A stretch of 64,000 nucleotides of DNA from Ignavibacteria bacterium (GCA_016844745.1 JAERMQ010000018.1:15629-79628), one strand, 5' to 3'. Counted from the first letter of the stretch, positions 9,452 to 20,486 are shown. Translations and numbers: made by a program. Notes: a model not told the origin generated them from the sequence alone.

Positions 9452-10644
9452 TCTACAATTGAACCGGACTTAATTTCTGTTAACTCTTCAGGAAACATTA
9501 CCATGCAATTGGATTGGCTCAATGTGTACATATTACCGGATGATTGAGTACCTGCCTTTCTGACAAAGTACCTGTCTAAAGCAAAAACGTATTCGTAATA
9601 TCCCATAATGAAATGAAGTTTGTTATCTTTTTTATTTAAGTCTTCAACTATTTCTGCCGTAAAATGGAATTCAGATGCTTTACCATATATATATTTAATT
9701 GAAGGTTTTATAAATATATTAAAATTTACAAAAGATGAGAGTGGATTGCCGGGTAGTCCGAATATATATTTTTTGATGCCGTCTTGCTCAATTATTGAGA
9801 ACAGGAAAGGTTTGCCCGGTTTAATATTAACTCTCCAGAATATTGTTTTAGCTCCCAATTCCTTCAATACATCTTTCAGGTAATCATGTTGCCCGACTGA
9901 TACACCTCCTGTTGTAATTATAACTTCGGCTTTGCTTTCCAGGATTTTTCTGAATGTATTTGCTATTGATTGTTTATCGTCCTTAATTAATCCAAAATTA
10001 ATTGGTTTTATACCGCAATCTTTGATTAAAGATATTATTGAATATAGATTGGTTGCCCGAATTTGAGCATTTTCAGGTTTATTATCAATATCTACAAGTT
10101 CATCACCGGTTGAAATCACTGCTATTCTCAAAGGTTTCTTAACTTTCACTTTCCTTTGTCCGCAAGCGGCTAAAATTGGAATATGTTTTGTTTCAATTAA
10201 AGTACCGGATTTCACAGCCAAAATGCCTATAGGAAGGTCATTACCCATTTCTCTAATATGCTCACCGAATTCCACATGAGCATTATCATTTAGTATTACA
10301 ATATCATTTTGCAGTTCGGCATTTTCTACCGGTATGATTGTATCAGCTCCAATTGGTAATTTTGCGCCTGTCATAATAGAAACAGTTGTAGATTCATCGA
10401 TTGTGAATTCCGATTCGCTTCCGGCGGTTAACTGCCCAATAAGCCTCCATTTCCTGATTTCGGGATTGTATTTGATTGCATATCCATCCATTGCAGAATT
10501 GTCAAACGGAGGGAGGTTAATATCCGGGAAAATATCTTCTGATAAAACATAACCAACGGAATCTTCGAGAGGAACAGAAATATTGGTAATTACGGGCTTG
10601 AATTCCGTTCGCAATAAATCCAGTGCTTCTTTATAAGAAATCAT
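9436..10644 (-). CDS. moeA: molybdopterin molybdotransferase MoeA
   Basis: 402 aa: 'PPFDNSAMDGYA' and 'GGVSVGQHDY' are MoeA/gephyrin motifs. Confidence 0.85.
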   Translation of the reverse strand: MISYKEALDLLRTEFKPVITNISVPLEDSVGYVLSEDIFPDINLPPFDNSAMDGYAIKYNPEIRKWRLIGQLTAGSESEFTIDESTTVSIMTGAKLPIGADTIIPVENAELQNDIVILNDNAHVEFGEHIREMGNDLPIGILAVKSGTLIETKHIPILAACGQRKVKVKKPLRIAVISTGDELVDIDNKPENAQIRATNLYSIISLIKDCGIKPINFGLIKDDKQSIANTFRKILESKAEVIITTGGVSVGQHDYLKDVLKELGAKTIFWRVNIKPGKPFLFSIIEQDGIKKYIFGLPGNPLSSFVNFNIFIKPSIKYIYGKASEFHFTAEIVEDLNKKDNKLHFIMGYYEYVFALDRYFVRKAGTQSSGNMYTLSQSNCMVMFPEELTEIKSGSIVDCIRI

Positions 10645-10781
10645 ATATAAACCCCATCAGGAAAAATTATCAGGTAAATTATGATTAGGAAAAGTTTTCA
10701 ATGGTCAACTGTGAATTGTTTAAGGTTCATTAATAAAATCATGGTAATCCTTAAATCAAGTAAATCAGGGTTCAGACGATT

Positions 10782-11219
10782 TCAATATTCAGTCTTTATT
10801 TCATCATCAACAAATATAAGTCCGCCTTTAATCACTTTGGCAAAAATTCCCTCACGGGGCATAACGCAATCTCCGACAGCATTGTATATAGCACATCTCG
10901 AGTGACATTCTTTTCCTATTTGGGTGATTTCAATTTCCACATCCTTACCAATTTTTACGTGAGAGCCAATTTTTAATTGAAGCAGGTCTATGCCTAAGGT
11001 AGTAAGGTTTTCCGCAAAAATTCCAGGTATTAAATCTACCAAGCCTATTGCTTTCATTTTATTAATACTCTCCATGGCAAGTAAACTAATCTGACGGTGC
11101 CATTCCCCTGCATGAGCGTCGTCTTTAATACCGAAATTTTCGATTAACTCGGCGGAATCTACGTTTGATTTTGGTATTCCTTTTTTTGTACTAATGGAGA
11201 TAGCTTTTAGAGTGCTCAT
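10782..11219 (-). CDS. MOSC domain-containing protein
   Basis: 145 aa: 'GIKDDAHAGEWHRQISL' resembles the MOSC (MoCo sulfurase C-terminal) beta-barrel fold. Confidence 0.55.
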   Translation of the reverse strand: MSTLKAISISTKKGIPKSNVDSAELIENFGIKDDAHAGEWHRQISLLAMESINKMKAIGLVDLIPGIFAENLTTLGIDLLQLKIGSHVKIGKDVEIEITQIGKECHSRCAIYNAVGDCVMPREGIFAKVIKGGLIFVDDEIKTEY

Positions 11220-11221
11220 AA

Positions 11222-12226
11222 TTAGCCTCCTATCTCAATCATGTCATTATTTTCAAAATGAGCTAATTCGCTAACTTCCGGATGATGCAGTTCTTTTCCC
11301 AGCAAATAAATTTTAATCACATTAGAAATTTCAGTATCGGATAGACTGCTATCGAGCAGCTTCTTGATGTCAAGAGATTTATTTTTTAATGAGAATAAGC
11401 AAAGCTTCATTTTTCCTTCGGAGGTGATACGCAAACGGTTGCAATCGCCGCAAAAATGCTCGCTAATCGAAGAAATGAAACCAATTGAATAGTCAGAATC
11501 ATTTACCCTGTAATATTTGGCAACATCATTTGAAGTCCCGTTTAAAGTGAGCTTGTATTGCTTTGAGATTACATCTAACATTTCGATGTAACTTACGAAA
11601 TTATCCTCATTCCATTTGTTCATGCTGAAAGGCATATATTCAATAAAACGAATGGGAATAGTACGTTCAATACCGAATTTAACAAAATCCAACAACTCAC
11701 TAAAATTATTTTGCTTCATAACAACACAATTAATTTTGGGTTTCAGGTTCGGTTCCCTGATAACATAATCAATAGAATCTATTATTTTTCCAAGGTTGTT
11801 ATTACCTGTAATTTTGGTAAAGTTAAGAGCATTTAACGAATCCAGACTTATATTGATACTTGTAAATCCGGTTTTACTAAGAAGCGGGGCTTTTTCCTTT
11901 AGATTCGACCCGTTAGTTGTTATCCCTAACCGGGCATTATAGTTTTTATTTAATTCGTGAAGTTCGGTAACGAGAATATCAAAATCTTTTCTAATCAAAG
12001 GCTCACCGCCGGTCAACCTGATTTTGGTTATACCGTTTTGAAGAAAAATCTTTGTCAAGAGCAAAATTTCATCAACTGATAACTGATTCGTACCGTTCGA
12101 AGGTAAAATTTTATGGACCGGATTGCAATAAACACAGGAGAAATTACAATTATCCGTAATGGATAATCTCAGGTAATCATGCTGTCTGCCGTATTTATCG
12201 ATAAATTTCATATCGTTTTTTATCAC
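11222..12226 (-). CDS. moaA: GTP 3',8-cyclase MoaA (radical SAM)
   Basis: 'CNFSCVYCNP' radical-SAM cluster and 'GGEPLIRKD'; a C-terminal cluster is also present. 334 aa. Confidence 0.9.
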   Translation of the reverse strand: MIKNDMKFIDKYGRQHDYLRLSITDNCNFSCVYCNPVHKILPSNGTNQLSVDEILLLTKIFLQNGITKIRLTGGEPLIRKDFDILVTELHELNKNYNARLGITTNGSNLKEKAPLLSKTGFTSINISLDSLNALNFTKITGNNNLGKIIDSIDYVIREPNLKPKINCVVMKQNNFSELLDFVKFGIERTIPIRFIEYMPFSMNKWNEDNFVSYIEMLDVISKQYKLTLNGTSNDVAKYYRVNDSDYSIGFISSISEHFCGDCNRLRITSEGKMKLCLFSLKNKSLDIKKLLDSSLSDTEISNVIKIYLLGKELHHPEVSELAHFENNDMIEIGG

Positions 12227-12585
12227 TAATCTTTTTTATTTTCTATTACATCATCCACCCAACTTAAGGCAGCCATCATAGAGGGTAATCCAATTGTAGG
12301 AAGCGATAATAATACAGCATGACGAATTTCTTCGGGCGAACAACCTGCTTTCAATGCCTTTCGTGTATGGGAATGAACAGCGCCTTCGAGTCTTGCTCCG
12401 ACCGATATTGAAAGTTTGATTAAAGCCCTTGTTTTGTCATCGAGAGGACCGGCTTTATGAGCTGCATCGCCCATTGCCTCATAAGATTTTGCCACATCGG
12501 GATAATCTTCCGTGAATTTTACATAACGTTTTGGAATAGCCATTATTCGTTTCCTTTTTATTATTAAAAAAGCCCTGTATTGCAT
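12226..12585 (-). CDS. carboxymuconolactone decarboxylase/AhpD-like family protein
   Basis: 119 aa, small all-helical CMD-family pattern ('HTRKALKAGCSPEEIRHAV'). Confidence 0.5.
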   Translation of the reverse strand: MQYRAFLIIKRKRIMAIPKRYVKFTEDYPDVAKSYEAMGDAAHKAGPLDDKTRALIKLSISVGARLEGAVHSHTRKALKAGCSPEEIRHAVLLSLPTIGLPSMMAALSWVDDVIENKKD

Positions 12586-12715
12586 ATAATACAGAGCTGC
12601 GATTGATTCAGTCTATACTCCTTTGCAAATTCGGCAGGCATAGCTGTTTCCGGCTGTACCCTATCGGCTTCAAACCATGTCCGTAGATTTAGGTTGTGAA
12701 GCTCGGAGTTTTATT

Positions 12716-13363
12716 TTAGTTATTACTTATTTTATTATTTATAACCAAATTTAAATTTACAATTATATGATTTAATAATTTTCCTAAATTACAATAAAAT
12801 TCACTTGAAGAATTTTCTATGATTACATTAGCGAAAATTTGAACCCAACTACTAAAATAATTATGATAAAAATTAAATATTATTAAATCAATTAGTTCAG
12901 ACCTATTATAATCACTGATGCTTAAAACTTCATGTTTATTAAAAAATAGGAAATATAAGAATTCTAATTCAGCTATTATATGGTCGGGTAAATCTTTAAA
13001 AGTATTGTTAATTGATAAATCAGCATGGTCATAAATATTCATCACTTGAATTGTTGAATCTCCCATTAATTTACAATCTTCCAAATAATATGAACCATAA
13101 GGAGGCGCAATTACTTTAAAAGGTCCTACAAACAATCTTGCATATTCTACCATTAAATTTTCATTTGGATTTTCAATCAACTGAGATTTCAATTTTTTAA
13201 AAATTTCACCGGTAACAGGTGTGAGTTCCATGAAAGAAATCTCATTTTTTAAAATAAAAATATCGGACAGAAGAAATTCTCTGTTTGGAAATGAGAATAA
13301 ATTCGATAGAACTGAAAATATCAGCTCAATCCTTTTTATTTCGTCAATATTCTTATTCATCAT
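12716..13363 (-). CDS. TorD/DmsD-family redox-enzyme maturation chaperone
   Basis: '[23 protein letters not shown]' is the hallmark of TorD-like chaperones that bind Tat signals of molybdoenzymes. Confidence 0.7.
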   Translation of the reverse strand: MMNKNIDEIKRIELIFSVLSNLFSFPNREFLLSDIFILKNEISFMELTPVTGEIFKKLKSQLIENPNENLMVEYARLFVGPFKVIAPPYGSYYLEDCKLMGDSTIQVMNIYDHADLSINNTFKDLPDHIIAELEFLYFLFFNKHEVLSISDYNRSELIDLIIFNFYHNYFSSWVQIFANVIIENSSSEFYCNLGKLLNHIIVNLNLVINNKISNN

Positions 13364-14151
13364 ACTTTTTGTGTTTCGTACTCTCTAATGTAATAAACAT
13401 TAGGTTTTGTTCCGGGTTCTCCGCTTGAAAGGAAGTCACCTTTATTATTTTTTAGTTGTTTAATGGGATATTTTGCAATCAATTTACTTACTTCACTGTT
13501 GGGGTCATCAAAATCACCAACTGTCCTTGCCCGTGCCGGGCATGAAGCAACACAGTACGGTTCCATGCTGTCTTTCCTTCTATGGTCGCAAAGAATACAC
13601 TTTTCCGTAATATTTGATTTTCGAACGGGTTGATAATCCGAATGTTCGTAAATATTGGCATTAGGAGGAATATTTCCTACTTTTTTTGCAATTTCATCAC
13701 CAGATGCAGTACACCCTGCAATTACTTCTTTTTTATCTCTCCAAAATGGATGTACGGTAAATTCAGTATAGCTAATTACACTATATTGGTCTTTTATTTC
13801 AGTAATGTCTCTGTCGAAGCTGTAAGGGCAAGCATTTTGACACAATCTGCAGCCAATGCATCTTGAGTCATTGTGTAAAGTCAAACCATCAGGCGACTTA
13901 AACATAGCCTTAACTGGAGTAACAGGACAGATGGCAACGCATGGCGCATCGGTGCAATGATTACAAAGAACCGGTAATAATTGATACTTTGTATTTGGGA
14001 ATTGACCCTGGGTAGTGATATGATAATCTGCCCAATTGAATGTTTGGGTAGCTGATCTGTTCATAGTGTTATTTTCGGTTTTACATGCAATAGCACAAGC
14101 TCCACAACCAACGCACTTATGCAGATCTATTACCATTCCAAATCTTGACAT
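13360..14151 (-). CDS. 4Fe-4S ferredoxin-type electron-transfer subunit (DmsB/PsrB-like)
   Basis: Four CxxCxxCxxxCP-type clusters, beginning '[18 protein letters not shown]'. Confidence 0.85.
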   Translation of the reverse strand: MSRFGMVIDLHKCVGCGACAIACKTENNTMNRSATQTFNWADYHITTQGQFPNTKYQLLPVLCNHCTDAPCVAICPVTPVKAMFKSPDGLTLHNDSRCIGCRLCQNACPYSFDRDITEIKDQYSVISYTEFTVHPFWRDKKEVIAGCTASGDEIAKKVGNIPPNANIYEHSDYQPVRKSNITEKCILCDHRRKDSMEPYCVASCPARARTVGDFDDPNSEVSKLIAKYPIKQLKNNKGDFLSSGEPGTKPNVYYIREYETQKV

Positions 14152-14177
14152 ATTTTTCTCCTTTTAATATTTTTAAA

Positions 14178-17057
14178 TTATTTTGCTACTACTAATTTTA
14201 CGGCATTTCTCATACCATTTGCTTCGATATTGCAGATATACATTCCACTTTCCAGAATTGATGTATCGATTCTAAGTGTATGGCTTCCAGCTTCTAACAT
14301 GCCATTTGCGATAGTTGTAACTGCTTTACCGTTGGTATTGAACACTCGAATTTTGACGTTCGAAGCAATAGTTAATGTAAAATTGATTGTAGAATAATCT
14401 TTTGCCGGATTGGGATAAATATTGCCCATTATTAAATTGCTTGGTGATGTAGAATTATTTTCAACTATTCCGGTTGTTGCTTTTTCGATTTTAACGCCAA
14501 AGAAGCCACCGTTTCTACAAGTAGAACCGGAAAATCTTTCGTATTCGTCCGGAATAACGTCATTATTGTTCCCACCTCTTGGTGTACCTTTGCTAAAGTC
14601 AAGCGATGCAATTTTACCATAATATTTATGACCTTGTCCATAGGCTTTGGCAACTGTTCCTTCGCGTACTCCTTCCCATAATTTTGCTTTAACTTCGATA
14701 CTGCCGGTTAGTGATGAAATTTTTACCAAATCACCATCTTTAATACCAAGTTTTGCTCCATCTTTAGGATTCAATTTAATAACATCATCCCATGACTCAT
14801 CCCCAGTATCAACTTTATGGAACTCATGATACCAAGCAATATTTGCACTTCTTCCTTCTCTGTTTAATTTTGATTTATAATCAACAAATTCAAACGGGTA
14901 ATCCTTGATATCGCCTTTTCTCATTGGTGGCTCATAATGAGGAACAAATGCCAGTTCGCCTTGTGCAATATAATTATTTGAAGTCATAATATCGTCTATT
15001 GTTGTGGTGTATTTGGTTGCATGTTCGCCTAACACTTTTTTCAAAGTCTCGCTATAAAATTCGAATTTTTTTGTGACAGTACCAAAAGCACCCCAGGTTT
15101 TTTTGTAAGTATATTTGGATGACGATACAATTCCAATCTCTTTAAATTTTTCCCAACCACCTATAGTGTCATAAGCAGGTTTGGATTTTATTTTTGTTGC
15201 AATCTCTGCAAATTCTTCTGCTGTTGTTGGCAAGGCACTTGATTCCGGATCTTTAAATTCTTTTGATAAATAATCATAGAAGTTAGAAAATCCTTTAACT
15301 TTCAATTTTTCTGCAAGTAACCACATAATTTCATTTTCATCTGCTTTTTCATCCCATATTTTCTTAACAATTGGTTGTTGAATTGAATGGAAAGAATATA
15401 AATTAGCAAAGTCATCGCTTGAAGACCATTTTTGTGTAGCAGGATGAGCGGCAGGCAAAACTATATCAGCAAAATGAGTCATTTCTGATGCATTGGTAGT
15501 TATGTGAGCAAAAAATGGAAGCTTTGATAATGCTTCATCCCATCTCTGACCTTGCGTTCCTGAAAAATTGAAGTTACACCAATAACCAATACAAACTTTA
15601 ATATCATAAGGATCCGATTTTATTAACGCATTTGCCACATTATTTGTTACAACTCCACCACCTGATTTACCGCTTGCCATTGCGGGCATATTTTTTGTAC
15701 CTCTTTGGTCAATTTTCTTCTTTGCTGCTCCATCTTTTGCAATTTGGTCAATATAATTAGCATCGCTTGGGAATGAACCTAATGTAACTTTCCCATTTCT
15801 AAGTGTTCCACCTTCATTGTCAATAGAGCCTAATAGACCATTTAAAGCATGTATTGCCATTGAGATGTATGCACCTCTTGGACTCATAACAGGTCCGGGT
15901 CCTAACCACACGCAAGTATTAGGGGCGGCAGCACCCATACCTTTGGCTATTCTAATTATTTGTTCTTTAGGTATTAATGTGATTTTTTCTGCCCAATCCG
16001 GTGTTTTATCTTTTAATTCTAAATTCCACCATTTTACTAACCCACTTGTTTGTGTTTCAGTAAACGAAGATTCATCCACATTCTGACCTGCAACGAAAAG
16101 ATTAGTTCCCCCGTTGAAAGTACCAACAAATTCCTTCGACCACAGACCTTCAGTTAGAATTACATGAGCTAAGGCAGAAGCTAATGCCCCGTCTTCACCC
16201 GGTTTAATTGGAACCCATTCATGTGATTTTACAGCCGAAGCGCTCATTCTTGGGTCAACAGTTACTACAGTTGCCTGGTCTAAAACTGTTCCCATTTTAT
16301 TTATAACATTAGGTATTTGACGATTAGAGCTTAAAGGATCCGATCCCCAAAGAACCAGATATTTTGTTTTCAATAAATCGTAATCACGATAACCCCATAA
16401 ACCTTCAGTATAATATGGTCCAAATTTTTCGGCTTCAGCACACATAGCACTATGTGAAATATAATTAGGAGTACCGAATATTTTTGGTAAATATGTATAT
16501 GGAAAATCAGTCTGCCCTGTTGAATACCTACCTCTCAATAGCATAAATTTTTGAGGTTCATTTGCTGCACGTAGTTCCATCATTTTTGTCGCAATTGTAT
16601 CCAAAGCTTCGTCCCAAGTTATAGGTACAAATCCTGGATTTTCGTTTACACCTTTTTTGGGATTTGTTCTTTTCATAGGAACTTTAACTCTGTCAGGATC
16701 ATATAGTTCCATAATCTGAAGATGTCCTTTGGGACAGCAATAACCTTCATTTGATTTGGATAATTGATTTCCTCTAACTTTGACAACCCTCCCGTTTTGA
16801 ACAAAAAATTCTATTGCGCACCAAGTAGTGCATCCCTGACAAGTAGAAGGTACCCACTTACCTTCATAAGCAAGTAACTTGTCTTTCCCATCACCTTTTT
16901 TTTCAAAAGCTTTGAGTATTGGTGGTGTGGACAAAGCAATAGCTATACCAGCTCCCGTCAATGCAGAAGTTTTAATAAAACTTCTTCTGCTTGAGATAAG
17001 ATTGCTATCCAAGATAGTCTTGTTCTCTAAGGAATCGATTCTTGATTCATTTTGCAT
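14178..17057 (-). CDS. molybdopterin (DMSO-reductase family) oxidoreductase catalytic subunit with Tat signal peptide and T9SS C-terminal sorting domain
   Basis: N-terminal 'SRRSFIKTSALTGAGIAIALS' twin-arginine signal. A C-x2-C-x3-C-x27-C FeS motif and MopB-like body. The last ~85 aa ('IYPNPAKDYSTINF...VFNTNGKAV...AGSHTL...SGMYICNIEANG...KLVVAK') match the type-A T9SS C-terminal domain. Confidence 0.8.
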   Translation of the reverse strand: MQNESRIDSLENKTILDSNLISSRRSFIKTSALTGAGIAIALSTPPILKAFEKKGDGKDKLLAYEGKWVPSTCQGCTTWCAIEFFVQNGRVVKVRGNQLSKSNEGYCCPKGHLQIMELYDPDRVKVPMKRTNPKKGVNENPGFVPITWDEALDTIATKMMELRAANEPQKFMLLRGRYSTGQTDFPYTYLPKIFGTPNYISHSAMCAEAEKFGPYYTEGLWGYRDYDLLKTKYLVLWGSDPLSSNRQIPNVINKMGTVLDQATVVTVDPRMSASAVKSHEWVPIKPGEDGALASALAHVILTEGLWSKEFVGTFNGGTNLFVAGQNVDESSFTETQTSGLVKWWNLELKDKTPDWAEKITLIPKEQIIRIAKGMGAAAPNTCVWLGPGPVMSPRGAYISMAIHALNGLLGSIDNEGGTLRNGKVTLGSFPSDANYIDQIAKDGAAKKKIDQRGTKNMPAMASGKSGGGVVTNNVANALIKSDPYDIKVCIGYWCNFNFSGTQGQRWDEALSKLPFFAHITTNASEMTHFADIVLPAAHPATQKWSSSDDFANLYSFHSIQQPIVKKIWDEKADENEIMWLLAEKLKVKGFSNFYDYLSKEFKDPESSALPTTAEEFAEIATKIKSKPAYDTIGGWEKFKEIGIVSSSKYTYKKTWGAFGTVTKKFEFYSETLKKVLGEHATKYTTTIDDIMTSNNYIAQGELAFVPHYEPPMRKGDIKDYPFEFVDYKSKLNREGRSANIAWYHEFHKVDTGDESWDDVIKLNPKDGAKLGIKDGDLVKISSLTGSIEVKAKLWEGVREGTVAKAYGQGHKYYGKIASLDFSKGTPRGGNNNDVIPDEYERFSGSTCRNGGFFGVKIEKATTGIVENNSTSPSNLIMGNIYPNPAKDYSTINFTLTIASNVKIRVFNTNGKAVTTIANGMLEAGSHTLRIDTSILESGMYICNIEANGMRNAVKLVVAK

Positions 17058-17518
17058 ATACTTACTCCATTTGTAACATTAGATTTATTTATTCCTATTG
17101 TATTTTTAATACTTATCGAACTCTTAGACTTTCTTGCAAAAATTCTTAATTCCTCTGCCTATTCTTTTTGCTAATTATCTTTTTTTATTATATCAAGAAC
17201 ACAAATTATATTACACAAAAAACTTATTGCAAGTTTAATTTTTTTTTTAATTAAAAAAGAAAAAAAAAATTTTTGTAATAATGTGTGGGTATAAATACTT
17301 GCAGAAAGTTTTTCCTGCGGATTCAGAAATCTCCCGAATCAATAAGGGAAGGGATTACTGCATCCTCATAAATGACAGTTTTTAGAACTACCCTTTAAAA
17401 ATTAATTTCAAATATTTTGAGACTTTTTTGCCTTTATTGTGTCTATATAGGTCTGGAATGTGTAAATTTGAAAAAAGTGATTTGGAATATAGATTTTTCA
17501 ACAAACTGAGAAGAAATC

Positions 17519-20425
17519 ATGAAAAAGATTTACTTAATCGTTACCCTCCTGATGGTTATGGCAGCCGAATCCGAAGCGGACTGGAAATTAATTAATCCAT
17601 CGAAAACAGCCTCGAATTTAGTTGCAATTTCATTTACCGATTCTCTTTACGGTTGGGCTGCCGGCGAAGAAGGCACTATTCTTTTTACTTCGGATGGAGG
17701 AGTATCATGGGAATTGCAGAACTCCAATTGGGGAACATTAATAACTTCAATTAAAACTTTAAACAGGAAAAAAGTTTTTGCTATTAGTGACCACACAATA
17801 TTAAAAACTACCAATGGCGGTAAAAATTGGGAATGGGAATTATTCCCTAATGTAATTACAAATCTATATTTCATTAACGATAGTATAGGTTTTATTGAAG
17901 GTAACAAATTATTCCGTACCCAAAATGGAGGTAAAACTTGGGAAGATACCGAACTATTATCTGCTTCTTATGATAACCTAAGCTTCATTGATGAAAATAC
18001 GGGTTTTTACTATTATGCCAATCAAGTAAACAAAACATTCGATAAAGGTAAAAGTTGGTCGTTTTACCCGATTCCCAATAAAAAAAATGTTAGTTATGTT
18101 CGGTTCATTAATGAGAACAATGCATTTGCTATTATTGATAGGACAATTGGTAAAACCACGGATGGTGGGAGAAATTGGCAAAGTATTTATAGTCATTATA
18201 ATGCTTTTTATTCGTTACAGATAATCAATAAAAAGTTAATAAATCTTATAATAGCCGGAGGGCTTTTTATAAAAAGTACGGATGACGGTAAAAATTGGAT
18301 TGTTAAAAAAGTTGGTACTAACTTTCAGCCTAAAAATATTTTCTTTCTCGATAGCCTTCATGGCTGGATTTGCGGAAATGCAGGCTTAATTTATTCTACA
18401 ACCGATGGCGGGGAATCTTGGACTAAACTAACAAAAGGAGTAAGGGAAACTGTCCTTTCATTACATTTTTTCAATAAGGAAAGGGGAATTCTATTTGGGA
18501 ATAATGGTGCTATTATTGAAACTACCGACGGTGGCATTAGTTGGAATGAAAATTCTACAATAACTGACCAAAGAATTCTTTGCAATGATTTTATTAATGA
18601 TAAAATTGGTTGGATTGGTGGTGATAAAGGATTTTTGAATAAAACAACTGACCAAGGAAAATTGTGGTCAACAATAAAAATAGATTCTACTTTATCAATT
18701 GGAGAAATGCATTTCATTGATAATAGTCTCGGTTGGGTCCGTACTTATTATAATATTTACAGAATAGATTCAGGTAGTCCTAATCTGACTCAAATGAATA
18801 TAATTTTTAATAAAGATTTATTTGCCTCAGCTATTCTTTCACGTGGCGTGTATTTGGTTGGAGGAGCGCAGGGTTCATTATTGAAATCCAACGATTCGGG
18901 GAAAACCTGGTTCACAATAAATTCGGGTATAAAAAATAAAATTAAACAAATCAAAGTTTTTAATAATCTGTCATGGTATTTATTAACTGATTCGAATCAA
19001 ATTTATAAAACAACCGATGGCGGCAATTCATGGAATTCATTGCTTATAAATTCAAATAAAGTCGTTAATTATATTAACTTTTCCAATGAGCAAAATGGAT
19101 GGGCTGTTGGTATGGGAGGCAACATTTTGAAAACCACTGATGGCGGCATAAATTGGACAAGCAAACAAGCCAATACTTCAAACAGATTAAATTCGATAAA
19201 TTTTAATACTGCTTCCACAGGATATATTGCCGGATATGGTGGCGCATTGTTTGCCACAACAGATGGAGGTGAGAACTGGAAATTTATTGATTTAAAAGTT
19301 ATTGAAAATATGACAGATATTTTTTTCATAGACACAAAAACAGGATGGATTATCGGTGAAGAAGCTTTTATGAGGAAAACAACCGATGGCGGCTCTTCAT
19401 GGCAAGAAATTGTTTGCGGTGAAAGAAGTCATTTGACGCATATTATCTTTTTTGATACTAAAAACGGGATTTTATCTTCATCAATTGGAAATTTTTGGAT
19501 TACGACCGACGGCGGAGATAATTGGAATCCTTATGGAAGCGGTACAAATAAGTCTATAAACTCATTTTCCTTTTCTGACTCTCAAAATGGAATATATGCA
19601 GGTAATAATGGTAATATTTACAGTACAATTAACGGTGGAAAATCGTGGTCAATAATTAACTCAAGTAAAAATTTGCTACAAGTAATTAGGTTCGGATTTT
19701 TTGATAAACGAAATGGATGGATTTTGGGTAATAGCGGACAATTTTTTGTTACTTTTGATGGAGGCTCTTTTTGGAGCTATCGTTCCAGTTTGCCAAAGAC
19801 AATCAATAACTTATTTATTATTGATAATTACAATTTTTATGGTGTAGGAGATTCGGGAGCTATTGTCAAATCTACTGACGGAGGTATTTCATGGAAATCC
19901 TTAAACACCGGAATATCGAATAAACTAAAATCCGTTCGGTTCTTTGATTTGAATACTGGGATTTGCGTCAGCGAAAGCGGTCAGGTTATTAAAACCACCG
20001 ATGGAGGCTCGTCCTGGAATAAACTCCCAATGAATAAGAATTTAGCTTCATATCAGTTGTATTATTTTATTGTTGATACCGCAACTTGTTACGGTGCAGG
20101 TATCAACGGTTATATTTTCAAATATTCAACACAGTACCAATCCGCAGTGTTCGAGCCACTCACGGCAGGTTTTCCAACATCGATTTTTGTTTATCCGAAT
20201 CCAAGTTCGGGGTTCTTGACTATAAGATTATCAAATGAATCCGAAGACATCAAAAATGTTAAAATAGCCACACCTGATGGGAGATTAATACTTAACCAAG
20301 ACGGCAACAATTCAAATGAAATGAATCTTGATTTGAGCAATACAAATTTATCGAATGGTATGTATTATGCTAGAATTATTACAACCGATAGAACATATTT
20401 TTGCCCGGTTATTAATGTAAAATAA
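17519..20425 (+). CDS. BNR/Asp-box (Ycf48-like) beta-propeller repeat protein with T9SS C-terminal domain
   Basis: More than 15 'T[TN]DGG.[SN]W' repeats; C-terminal 'VYPNPSSGFLTIRL...GMYYARIIT' T9SS sorting domain. Confidence 0.7.
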   Translation: MKKIYLIVTLLMVMAAESEADWKLINPSKTASNLVAISFTDSLYGWAAGEEGTILFTSDGGVSWELQNSNWGTLITSIKTLNRKKVFAISDHTILKTTNGGKNWEWELFPNVITNLYFINDSIGFIEGNKLFRTQNGGKTWEDTELLSASYDNLSFIDENTGFYYYANQVNKTFDKGKSWSFYPIPNKKNVSYVRFINENNAFAIIDRTIGKTTDGGRNWQSIYSHYNAFYSLQIINKKLINLIIAGGLFIKSTDDGKNWIVKKVGTNFQPKNIFFLDSLHGWICGNAGLIYSTTDGGESWTKLTKGVRETVLSLHFFNKERGILFGNNGAIIETTDGGISWNENSTITDQRILCNDFINDKIGWIGGDKGFLNKTTDQGKLWSTIKIDSTLSIGEMHFIDNSLGWVRTYYNIYRIDSGSPNLTQMNIIFNKDLFASAILSRGVYLVGGAQGSLLKSNDSGKTWFTINSGIKNKIKQIKVFNNLSWYLLTDSNQIYKTTDGGNSWNSLLINSNKVVNYINFSNEQNGWAVGMGGNILKTTDGGINWTSKQANTSNRLNSINFNTASTGYIAGYGGALFATTDGGENWKFIDLKVIENMTDIFFIDTKTGWIIGEEAFMRKTTDGGSSWQEIVCGERSHLTHIIFFDTKNGILSSSIGNFWITTDGGDNWNPYGSGTNKSINSFSFSDSQNGIYAGNNGNIYSTINGGKSWSIINSSKNLLQVIRFGFFDKRNGWILGNSGQFFVTFDGGSFWSYRSSLPKTINNLFIIDNYNFYGVGDSGAIVKSTDGGISWKSLNTGISNKLKSVRFFDLNTGICVSESGQVIKTTDGGSSWNKLPMNKNLASYQLYYFIVDTATCYGAGINGYIFKYSTQYQSAVFEPLTAGFPTSIFVYPNPSSGFLTIRLSNESEDIKNVKIATPDGRLILNQDGNNSNEMNLDLSNTNLSNGMYYARIITTDRTYFCPVINVK

Positions 20426-20486
20426 TGAGTTGATATAAAAAATTTTATTAATTTAGAATCGGGTAATTAATAAGTATGGTGATGAA

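Noticed and set aside
10681-10905. 74-aa plus-strand ORF overlapping the start of the MOSC-domain gene
   Set aside because: It overlaps the end of a conserved minus-strand gene, and no homology features were seen.
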